Shown here in pieces: positions 9,948-19,656 of a DNA stretch of 20,000 nt. How positions within the stretch are numbered: position 1 is the stretch's first letter; every line of letters starts with the position of its first letter. The position numbers and the translations under genes were made by a program. The stretch comes from Fistulifera solaris (lineage: Eukaryota), in contig AP026131.1 of the NCBI GenBank assembly GCA_030295235.1, forward strand, positions 1,470,475 through 1,490,474, in the 5' to 3' direction. A model generated the notes under the pieces. The model was not told the DNA's origin. It was given only the letters and a program-made list of their open reading frames with translations, and made no database searches.

Positions 9948-10736
9948 TCACGAACGGTGGGGTTCGAATGGAGAATCTTCGTTGCGCAAGAGGAAGGACT
10001 CTTTTGAAGTTATCGTGCGGAATCTGGCATCTAAATATTTGTGTTTCTGATAAGGAGTGTCTTTCTTTTTGTGTGTGCTGCGTTTAGGTACATACATCTT
10101 GCTTGGAGAAGTCTCTACATCGGTAGCCATCCAAACACCGGCGTATTGATCCCAAGAATACCCTTTCGGGGCTTTCCCCGGTGGCCGTGTCACAGTCCCG
10201 TCCTTGTTCAGCATAAGGAGGCGCTTGGATTTACGAAACATGGTGGGTGTAGTCTTTGCCAACTTTATTGAGGTCGGTCGTATTTTCCGATCCTTGTTGG
10301 ACTTTCTCGTGTTCTTCTTTGTTTTCGGCAAGCTCTTTTTGTTGGCGGGTTCCTGTTCCGGCGAATGCAGCATCGCTAGTGAATCCATTTGTTGCAGAAG
10401 TTGCTTTGGAATGCCCGAGAACATCTTTTGAGTTCCTACCGATCTCGTAGTGGGACGTTGCAATTTCGGAGGAGACTTTCTTTTCGGCGTTGACACGCTC
10501 GGAGGTTTTCCTTTCGAAGAGCGTGCCTTTTTGGCTGGGTTGATCTTCCGTTTCGAAGGATTTGTCTTTTTTACTGGACTGCTCTTTCGCGGTGCTTTTC
10601 GCGGCATCTTGTACCATTCATTGTGAATCGGATCCCAGGCATGGTCTTTCGGGGCACGTCCTTTGGGTTTAGGAAAAAGATGACATGCTCTTGATATCGT
10701 TGATGACCCACGCGCTTGCGGAGGACGCGAGGACAA
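9948..10736 (-). CDS. Lys/Arg/Pro-rich hypothetical protein, probably nuclear, with two P-x-G-[RK]-A-P-K-x3-W-D-x5-W motifs; 5' end unresolved
   Basis: 262-codon open frame with a duplicated motif (PKPKGRAPKDHAWDPIHNEW and RPPGKAPKGYSWDQYAGVW). The frame opens with TTG; an upstream ATG (MKDKEAAAGDSGDEK, ~10783) is in another frame. Confidence 0.65.
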   Translation of the reverse strand: MSSRPPQARGSSTISRACHLFPKPKGRAPKDHAWDPIHNEWYKMPRKAPRKSSPVKKTNPSKRKINPAKKARSSKGKPPSVSTPKRKSPPKLQRPTTRSVGTQKMFSGIPKQLLQQMDSLAMLHSPEQEPANKKSLPKTKKNTRKSNKDRKIRPTSIKLAKTTPTMFRKSKRLLMLNKDGTVTRPPGKAPKGYSWDQYAGVWMATDVETSPSKMYVPKRSTHKKKDTPYQKHKYLDARFRTITSKESFLLRNEDSPFEPHRS

Positions 10737-11421
10737 CCTTTCTCATCTCCTGAATCACCAGCTGCAGCTTCTTTGTCTTTCATTGCATCTAAATACAGCA
10801 CAAGCGAGGAGCACCAACGCACCTTGGCACCATTTTTCTTTCGGCTACGATCGCCAGTTTACCGACGACATCCTTATTCAGAATCCCATTTTTCACGGCT
10901 CTCCGAAATCAATGAGCGACCCTTTTCTACACTGTTGTGTCAATGTGCGACATTGCGACCGTTTCTTTTCATCAAATAACAACAGCAAAATAATAGGAAG
11001 CCGGTGTTTTCGAGGTGCACTCATTATTTTTGCGCCCTTCCGCAGCGAGCCAGACAGTGCACACCGACATGACATTCGTGTTACTTTCTGGATGCTATAG
11101 TTCTCCACTTACACGATTTCTTCATAAGTGAAGAAACAGTTCACAAATTGAAGAAACTGAAACTCCGAGTAGTTTACGTCGGACTCACAACGTTCGCGGA
11201 CTCATGACTGAACACAGTCGTGGCAATCGTGAATGTATAAGTGCTTCTTTTGAGAGACTTCTTACCTAGATACGAAGGTATCTACTCTAAAAAATGCAGC
11301 TTGGTACTGCTATAGACGACATATGATAAAGCGAAAGACTTTTGAACCTTACAAATGGAAAATGTAGTCACATCCCTAGCACCTATATCAATGAAACTGA
11401 AACCTCGTCTTGATGCACTAA

Positions 11422-13411
11422 TTACATCAAAGCAAGAAGCCATAAGGCCACGGAAGCGCCAGTCGCGAGGCGGAACGAGTGACTACTCTCCTCGGTGGTT
11501 CCCTCGTCGACGACGGGCTGGCAGTCGGCCAAATCGGCAAAAGGAACCGTCTCACAGGGCGGCAATGGCGGGACCATCCAGAATCGTATTGACGATACCA
11601 CCTTTGGGGCACGCTTTCTTGGTCGAAAAGTAACTGAAGGAACCCACGGCTCCACGAAGACACGGCGGTGCAAACGGAGGATCGACGGTCATGTAGTAAC
11701 CGTAATTGCCCGCGCTGTCTTCCTTTCCATTGCATTCATCCAAATCGTACGGCGCATCAACTGTCCTTGATCATCGTGAAATACCGAAAATGGGGAAACC
11801 ATCGCGCGCCCATCCAATGACCGGACTGGCGGGGCCCGTCGCAGGGAACTGGTTGGGCATGTCGGCGTACTCACGAACCTGATCCCCATCTTTCCACCAG
11901 TCGGCACTTTCGGCAAATTCCATTCCGAGCGATTCCAAGAAGCATTTCGGAGGAAGGTGGTAATGATACTGGTGCTTCTTGTCCGAATGCCCATTGCAGC
12001 TGTCATAACTCCAAGTCGGCTTGTGACTATCGAGCAAAATGCCGTTGGTCATGACACCCACCACATCGTCATCTTTCAAGTAAGTTGGTTCGCCCGGAGT
12101 GCCTGGTTCGGAAGGAATGACCATGGTGTAATGCTGATACATCGGATCATAGGTACCATGTGATTCAGTGTGACAGGCGCCACATCCCCCGCACGATGCA
12201 CCACAACCGCCACATCCCCCACAGCCACCACATCCCCCACAGCCGCCACATCCACCCGCGCAGCATCCAGTCGAGTTGGAACCGCATCCGGCCGCACAGC
12301 ATCCAGCACCACATCCGTCAGTCGCATTGGCACCGCAAGAAGCATCGCAGCCCTGCAAGAACCGGTTCGCACTGGCCGCGTCGCATCCAGCCGAACAAGA
12401 GCCACAGCCCGCATCGCATCCAGCCCCGCATCCCGCCGAGCAAGAGCCACATCCGGCGTCGCATCCAGCCCCGCATCCCGCCGAGCAAGATCCACAACCA
12501 GCGTCGCATCCGGCACCAGAGCAAGCTCCACAGCCAGCGTCGCAACCAGCCGAGCAGGATCCACAGCCCGCCGAGCAAGATCCGCATCCGGCCGAGCAGG
12601 ATCCACAGCCCGCCGAGCAAGATCCGCATCCAGCACCACATCCCGCCGAGCAAGATCCGCAACTTGCGCCGCAAGATCCACATCCGCCACCACATCCAGC
12701 GCCACAGGCTCCACACGAGCCGCAAGCCCCACATCCACCTTCACTGCTGGATTCATTTTGACCCGGAATCACGAAATCACCTTGCGGGTTCGCGACCGTT
12801 CCGGTGCTTCCTTGCATATTCGTATGATCGGGACACCCGTTGCTTTCAATCACCATCGAATCGGCTTGCACGGTCACCACAACATCGGAACGGAAACAAT
12901 AGTTGTTCGCTTCGAGATTGGGTTGCGTCGCATCTTCACAAACCACTTGATGCGTCGGTGCTCCTTGATAGTAAGAATCGTCCCAAGTATCTTGAATCGT
13001 TGCCTCAAACGCCAACGGATATCCGGCATCACTGGTTTCCGCGAGCGCTTCATCGTATTGTACCACAACTTTCGGAAACGGACCCGCCGTTTGACTTTCG
13101 ATATACTGTACAGTCGTCGCTTGCGATGCATTGCCGGCCAATTCGAGCAAAATGGAATGAATACCGTCACTATCGGGCGTTTCACTCAACAAGACGTATC
13201 CCGATTCGACACATTTAGGCAACAATTTGCACCAGCCCGTGTGCAGTTGCGGAGTATAAAAGACGTTGATGCCATCGGGGGCACACGGGGCCGTCGGAGA
13301 TGCACCCGTACACAACGCAATGCATTGCTTGTCAATCAAATAGCCCGACAACTCGGCGGCGAGTGTCGTAGAAAACAAGAGAACGCTCAAGAAGATCGAT
13401 TTCATCATCAT
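11422..13411 (-). CDS. Secreted YHYH-domain protein with a Cys/Gly-rich insert and GPI-like C-terminus (~662 aa after correcting three 1-bp indels at ~11780, ~11751 and ~11558)
   Basis: Signal peptide [23 protein letters not shown]-family motifs [48 protein letters not shown] and [16 protein letters not shown]-terminal [22 protein letters not shown] lies in ORF 11422-11673. Confidence 0.85.
12173..12739 (-). repeat. Coding low-complexity repeat: (GCGSCSA)n, GCDA/GCGA and (GGC)n units; 50 Cys in 189 aa
   Basis: Counted from the translation of ORF 11771-13438. The 21-nt units (e.g. CCGAGCAAGATCCGCATCCGG on +) vary at synonymous third positions. Confidence 0.95.
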
Positions 13412-13479
13412 GTTTTTGCGAGATTTGTGTGTTGTCAAAGGAAATCAAATAATCAAATCAATCGTTTCAAAATTGGTCA

Positions 13480-14853
13480 ATGATCAATCGTGTCAAAAAA
13501 TGAGATAGCCGTCGAATGCTGCTCGAGCTCATCCTCCGAAAGCGAATCTTTCACTGAATCATCCTCATGGTCGTCATAAAGATTGAAAATGGGCTCGAGC
13601 AGTTTTGGAGGATGTCGCGATGATTGCCTTGCGGAAAAGGAAGGAGGCTGACGAAAGCGTGCGTCCTAAAGAGGTGCGTCTGTGGATGTCATTTTGTACT
13701 TAGAAAAAAAAAAGGAGATTTATGCAGAGCTTGTCCGTTGCATAAATTCTCAACAGAAAAGATACTACGTACGCGGTACGCGAGGCCCATTCATTCGCGA
13801 GAGAAGTTGAGTCACGAGAGAGTTGCGCCGACAAAGAAAACAAGGATGAGTGAGGAGTCGATAAAGAACAACAACAGCAACAACAACAGCAACACTGTAG
13901 TCTAGTTTCATTCGAAGTGAAGGATGGCACCATCGCTAACAACGCAGCATCAATTTATGGAATGATATAAAAATGTTGCAGTCGACCAGAGACGTCGCTT
14001 GGAAGAGATCGGCTTCGTCATTCATTCAATCCATGAACGGGCCTCCGGTTTGCGACTCGAAGGAATGCTCCAGTATTTTTGCACCATTTACTCTTCTATT
14101 ATTTGTCATAATCCTTCGAATGAGAACGTCAGCTTGTGTTTCCAATTGTATCTTTTATTTCGATACAACACGGCGGCTTGAGGGCAGGTGCGGACGGCAG
14201 TCGTTTTGACGTCAGATCAAACGGAAGATTACATCCATCGCAGGATCGTAGCGAAGGATGAACATTATTGTGGATGTGACTGAAGACTGCCTTGAGAGCT
14301 TTTACGGCACATGCGATTGAGTCATTTTGGAAGTAATCAGTGCAAAGAAATGGATCCAAGCGAAAAAAACGTCGTTTCGTAGAACGAAGCACACAACCGT
14401 CACTCGATGCGCCCCGCTATCGACTTTCAAAAAGAATGATCGCTGCATTTGACGGCTATCTGAAACGGCAAATCATTTTTAGTGACGACTTTGGTTTTCG
14501 AAGGAGAAATGGAATTTGAGAGACGCTAGCAATCACTCTTGGAAGACTCGCAGCTGCTATCCATTACGCGGCAATTATCACATCTTAGCTTCATTCGAAT
14601 GGAAGTGGACCGTATGAGTCAAGTCATCGCGAAGAATCAGACATATTCTCCCACCGCCGTTTGCAGTTGGACGTTATCGCCCAAAACGAGTCGCTCCGGA
14701 CAGCGAACCTCACAAGGTCCGCAGCAAAACAGCGTCTCGTGGCGTTCGGAAAGCGAAAATGGAGAAGTATATCGTTCAATGGGGATGTGTCAAAGAAGAA
14801 TGAAGGATGATAATGAAGAAGTTGCGAGGACGAAGACTTTTCGATCGGCATAA
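13480..14853 (+). pseudogene. Probable hypothetical gene broken by many small indels or stops
   Basis: Protein-like segments chain across frames: MINRVK-NEIAVECCSSSSSESESF, WARAVLEDVAMIALRKRKEADESVRPKE followed by a GTGCGT..CAACAG intron candidate, a poly-Q tract, ORF 13999-14181 and ORF 14539-14853. No family recognised. Confidence 0.35.
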
Positions 14854-15327
14854 AAATAAAATGGCGAAAACACGAAACACGAAACACGAAAGTGAAAACA
14901 GTGAAATTTGTCGTAGCGTTGACCGTTCAAAGTTTACTACCGCTGTAGTGGCTTTTGCTCTAGTATTGCAATAGGCTTAGAGTGTAGTAACACCTAACAC
15001 TTACATAAACTCAAGCCTCGATCCACATTACTCCGTATTTATTTTTCAAAAATGCCTCCACCCTTCACCCTCACCTTCTCATGCAACTCCTTGCAATAAT
15101 GGGAGTAAGAAAGGAAAGCTAGAAAGCTTATTTGTGACAGAGAATCGACAAAGGCATCTTTCAAGAATCAAGAAAGAAGATAATGTTGGAATTCACTTCC
15201 GGCTCGGAGCGACCTGCGGTGTTAAACTTGTAGATCAATTAAGCTCCGAGCTTGTTAGTGAATAGGTAGATCAATAGTCTCTTTCTTGTCTCTTCTTAGT
15301 CTTAATTTTTACTGTCTACTGGATTCA

Positions 15328-15355
15328 TCCGAATCAATGAGCTCATTGATTCGGA
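15328..15355. repeat. Perfect 28-bp palindrome
   Basis: TCCGAATCAATGAG|CTCATTGATTCGGA with no loop. Confidence 0.95.
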
Positions 15356-15626
15356 CGAGCCTGGTTACTCCTCTTCCTGCCACTCGATCAGTCCACGTTA
15401 CCGCTTTACTTGACTGCGCCGATATAGCCGACTGTACGACGACTTAGATGCTCAACGCCCTCTGCTAGTTTAAGCCAGATCGGGAGTCGTTCGAGTCACG
15501 ACCAGTACTTGATTTTCTCCAACAGATAATGCTGTTGTCGCCAAGGTTTTTGTTGCGTTGCAAAAGAGCGATGCACTTCTCCAATTGATTTTACAGCTTT
15601 TCTGTGTGATAAGCTAGTAGTCTTTC

Positions 15627-15749
15627 TTTTCAAGCACGTGAACACACCACTCCCCCAGATTTTCTGGGAAAGTCAAAATACCATAAACCTTACCGCACGA
15701 CCAGATTTTCAAGGCACGTACAAACACAACTCTCCCAGCTTTTCTGGGG
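15627..15749. repeat. Imperfect ~43-bp direct repeat (15627-15669, 15706-15749), each copy ending in a CCCAG-N5-CTGGG hairpin
   Basis: TTTTCAAGCACGTGAACACACCACTCCCCCAGATTTTCTGGG versus TTTTCAAGGCACGTACAAACACAACTCTCCCAGCTTTTCTGGG. Confidence 0.75.
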
Positions 15750-16653
15750 ACGTTTCTGGACAGGGAAAGAAACCAAATACAGTACTCAGAATTTCTGTAT
15801 TATGAAGACGTCGTCAACGTCATCCGCGCCCCGCGCATTTGTTGCTGCGGAAATAAATAGCGATGAATAATGCGAGGGTGAATTATAAAAGCGAATGCAT
15901 CTTTTGCCGCTTTTTGTCAAGTAACAAAAGAGAATACTATTCTCTCAAGCATTCACCGAAACGCGTCACTGCTATCAAAGGTTCTTTGGCACAAAAAATC
16001 TATGTCCGAGGAAGGGCCGACGAAAGTGTCGCGTGTTCATCATGTTGATGAAGGAAGGTATTCCGTTCCTTCATGGCGGTAATCTTTTTGAAGACAAGAT
16101 GCTTGAGTGAGTCTTTCACGGCTTTTAGCTACTGCGGAGCACTCACGAGGATAATGGACTATCAACATCAGCAATTTGCAATTTGCCGCGAGATTTGACA
16201 ACCATCTCAGCGTCCGTTGACCGTCAACAAAAATCCTCTTTTCATTGAATCGAGCAAATCCGTTGCCGCTCCTCAAAAACGGTCGCTTCGGTCTGCGTAT
16301 CAAGTCTCAAAGCTGAAGTGCTCCACTTGATATTCGATTGCTAGTTACAATTTTGAAACAATCGGCCAAAGGCCGCGGCCAATCACTCCATGATCAGCAC
16401 TGTGAAAAGCATCCCTCACAAGATTGACAAGTCGGATGGAGTCAGCACCGGGAATCTGATAGTCCGGCGCGGCGAAGCATCCAGTCCAGCGGTGGCGAAT
16501 TACGTGTTTAAGTCAGGTATTTGACTGGCGACAATAGTGGAATGAGGCGAATAGTCGCTGCTTGTCGCGATTCAAATATTTAAAGTCGTTATCATCTGCA
16601 GGACCATACAACAACGGACGACGATTTGGTAACAGGATGCTGATGACGGCAAA

Positions 16654-17103
16654 TTATTTTTGAATATAGAAGGACCTTGTTGGTTTAAACTGCCGGGCGC
16701 GGATGCATTCTGGTGGTGAGTGGCAGGGCGCTTTCTGATGAATCATCTCTTTGAAAACGACTCTGATGGAGCGTAGTAGCAAGTACATTACCAGGAATCG
16801 TTCTTTCGACCAGATTTGTGAATTGGTCGCTCGTGGCACAGTATTTGGGCTTGCGTTCGCGTGGATGGTTTTCAGTGAGGCTAATTTGTCCAAGGCGATT
16901 GTTTTTTGGAGATCGGCCGTGTCGTCAAAAGCTCTTCGTACATCTGGACAAGCTCGATCCGCGATCACGTCAAGGCAGCAATTGCTTAGATCGCGGAAAG
17001 AGCAAAAAGGGTCTATTGATGGACGTCCACCTTGGCTAGAGTGAAAATAAAAAACGAGAAAACCGAATAGGAAAGCAGCGTTCAGTGTTGATAGAGTGGT
17101 CAT
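16654..17103 (-). CDS. Hypothetical, possibly secreted protein; may be the 5' part of a longer broken gene
   Basis: ATG at 17103 starts MTTLSTLNAAFLFGFLVFYFHSSQG (signal-peptide-like), followed by a Cys-containing segment. No family recognised. Confidence 0.3.
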   Translation of the reverse strand: MTTLSTLNAAFLFGFLVFYFHSSQGGRPSIDPFCSFRDLSNCCLDVIADRACPDVRRAFDDTADLQKTIALDKLASLKTIHANASPNTVPRATNSQIWSKERFLVMYLLLRSIRVVFKEMIHQKAPCHSPPECIRARQFKPTRSFYIQK

Positions 17104-17643
17104 GAAGAAGTACGTGGCTATCGTGGCTATCGCGGCTAGCGAGTAATTGATCTGAATCGAACAGGCCGCGGCTCGTGCGATTGAGATATCAAAAGCCGCC
17201 AAAAGCGAGGACAGGGGGTCAACAGGTTGCTTGGCGGCGACACTGTTTCTTCAAAAAAAGGGCGAGCCTTGTCTGTGTTTTACTGCCTGACTCTGATGCC
17301 TTTTTGTTGCAATCAGCGACACTTTTTGATCAGTTGGTTTCCGAAAGCGTTCATGCTGGAAAGTAAGGAAAAGTATATCGATTGTTCTTCTGGCTCAATT
17401 TATGTGAAAGGGTCGCTTGTGGCAACACACACTCGATCTCGCTACGTTGTTCAGAGCACTTTCGATTGGTTTCGGTTGCGTCCTGTCGCGAAGGCGATGG
17501 AAATGGAGACAGGGGTGTAGAGGCCTGCTAAAAGAGTCTACAAGTGCATACAAAAAACTATAAGATATTGATTGATGAAATAAGCTATTAGAGAATTATC
17601 TTATAGTGTTAGATTATCTGAGGAGAATATTACGGCTAGGTCA

Positions 17644-18134
17644 CTAAACTGAGCAAGATGTACAAAAGTTACCGTTATTTGTGAATTGGAAGGGGCAACT
17701 CGTTTGAAAAAACATATTAAATTGATTGGCGCCTGCGGTGATGTCTTTCATATTTTGTTTAAACAATGTCAAGCTTGAAAGAACATTTTGTCCAAGGCCG
17801 TTGCAGCTGACACGTCCCACCCACTAATGTCTTGGTTGAAGGATGAGGCACGCCCGAACATCATAAACATATTGGTGACTGCGGATGTGTCCCAGTCACC
17901 GATGGGCTGGTTGAAAGCAAGGGCCCTCACAAACATGGCTTGCATATTTGTGACTCTGGATGTGTCCCAGTCCCCAATCGGCTCGTTGAAATTCGTGGCA
18001 CCTTCGAATAGAGAGCTCATATCTGTCATTCTTGAGACATCCCAGCAGTTGGGTGGTGGCCCTGACAGAAATTCCGAGCGCACAGATAGCTCACGGAATT
18101 CAGAATGCGGAATATCCTCACGCAAAGGCGACAA
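17644..18134 (-). pseudogene. DUF285 / BspA-like leucine-rich-repeat surface protein, frameshifted at ~17770; 5' end unresolved
   Basis: About four 25-aa repeats of the form WD[VT]SxxTxMxx[ML]FxxAxxFN[QE]xIxx. After the TGA at 17769 a shifted frame gives TLFKQNM...NMFFQTSCPFQFTNNGNFCTSCSV*, a Cys-capped C-terminus. No intact ATG or signal peptide found. Confidence 0.85.
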
Positions 18135-18551
18135 TCAACCAACTCAACACTCTTTGATGAGATGATCAACTGACAAGCGAAAGCACTGATATCGCAAACA
18201 CTCTTTGATTGCAATGATCAGCAAAGACAACCACACAGTGCGCTTGTTGTTACTTACTCACTGTCTGCCTGCCTGGACTCCAAAGGATGTAGATCGACTA
18301 CGCCAAGGTTTGTGGCCTTGAGAATTTCACCACACAAAGAAGACTCAGTAAACTCGGTATAGATTGATTGATTTCTAATTTTATGAGACCTATTCTAATG
18401 GAAAATGATTGCACACCTTTCTCCAATCTTCATGAACTTGTGCTGAGGTGGCAAAGAAAACAAGTACTGGATTCCTGTAGAAAATGAACATAGCTCCGTA
18501 GGCTTCCGTAGGTTGGCTACGACACGTAAGAAAATGTACTGAAGGTCTACG

Positions 18552-18812
18552 TGACAGTCAGTCGTGGCAAGAGAAGAAACATGTCCACGTCTGCAAAATT
18601 GTCGACGTTGCACTCTCAACGGTATCCAAACCTTGTAACTGCAACTTCAAATAACTCCCAATGGTATCCAAGTGACTCTATCTTCAAATCGACAGTCGAA
18701 GTCTAAATAGCAATACCGATGCGCCGTTTCTGTGTAGTATAAGTAGTACGGTACACAAATACAATGGAAATTCAGTCACTAACATGACTCGATCTTGCTA
18801 AGAAAATTGTCA
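18552..18812 (-). mobile_element. Putative 3' LTR (261 bp) of the copia element
   Basis: On the - strand it begins TGACA directly after the polypurine tract AGAAGACGGGGAG (18825-18813) and ends TGTCA at 18552, a 5-bp terminal inverted repeat. The far boundary cannot be checked against a second LTR. Confidence 0.65.
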
Positions 18813-19656
18813 CTCCCCGTCTTCTCGAAGGCACGGCGGCTGCAATAACTGACTCGCATTCTCGTTGAAGGTCTTCCATTTTCTTCCTAAATCCTAATCA
18901 CTAACACATGCATTTCTCTCTAAACAAATATATCTCTAACCCAAAGTAGTACCTGGTACTCTTTAGTTCTTCAGTTCTGTGGTGTCTCCAGTCCAGAAAA
19001 GTATCGCCTTCAAAGCGATCCCATATCTGCGAATAACCCCAATGTTTGCTGAGAATATCAGCTGGGTTCATCTCCTGGGAATATGCAAGAATGCAACCAT
19101 TCCTGGCCTTAATAGCCTCGCGTACACAGTGAAAAGAGAGCATAGTATGTCTCTTGTGTAGCTTTGCGTGTACCATGGTAGCACTGTTGACGACAGACTC
19201 ATTATCCCCAAACATGTAGGCCTTCTCGCGAATCGGTACCCCTAAATATCGCAGTGTATTGCGGAGATCGATGATCTGCTCAACGCACGTTCTCGCTGCA
19301 ATAAATTGAACCATAAGTAGCAGTCTCAACAGTTGCCTGCTTCTTGGAGTACCACTCGATAGGGGTCTTGTTAAGAAGGTGAAGAATTCCAGTCACAGAT
19401 CTCCCGTAGCCATGCAGTGCATAAGATTCGCATCTACAAAGTGTACTGATGTGACGAAGTTCCCAAGAGGTTTGAAGCATCTTTGGGTTCCGCTTCCTTG
19501 ACATCACCGTACACAGAGCGCGACCATTAAGTACTCAAAATTCGGAGATCAGAGAAGTCTGGTTCTTCAACTTCGAAAGCGTATGGAGGCATGACGCATT
19601 TTAGACACATACCCATAGATCCGTTTAACACGATCCATATGCCCCTTTCTCTGTGC
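18552..19656 (-). mobile_element. 5'-truncated Ty1/copia LTR retrotransposon (CoDi-like): RT C-terminus, RNase H, PPT and 3' LTR, with several frameshifts
   Basis: Translated pieces RKGHMDRVKRIYGYV, DANLMHC, GRSVTGILHLLNKTPIEWYSKKQATVETATYGS, FIAARTCVEQIIDLRNTLRYLGVPI, YMFGDNESVVNS, KLHKRH and NPADILSKHW match the copia RT/RNase H consensus. Confidence 0.95.

Noticed and set aside
11771..11773. In-frame TGA in the YHYH gene as selenocysteine or readthrough (ORF 11552-11743 is in the same frame)
   Set aside because: The shifted frame HDDQGQLMR fits the YHYH pattern better than SR*SRTVDA, and two compensating homopolymer indels explain it. No SECIS identified by eye; a SECIS search would settle it.
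12076..13483. Long overlapping ORFs in other frames and strand (226, 352, 437, 161 and 138 aa)
   Set aside because: Shadow frames of the GC-rich Cys/Gly repeat. Only the 555-aa frame has a signal peptide and domain motifs.
13700..13942. ORF with a poly-Cys run next to the Cys-rich gene
   Set aside because: Antisense reading of a (CAA/CAG)n microsatellite at ~13866-13893, more likely poly-Q on the + strand.
15778..15791. 14-bp match TACAGTACTCAGAA to the MITE TIR
   Set aside because: Too short and internal to the TIR, with no partner end, so a second element cannot be supported.
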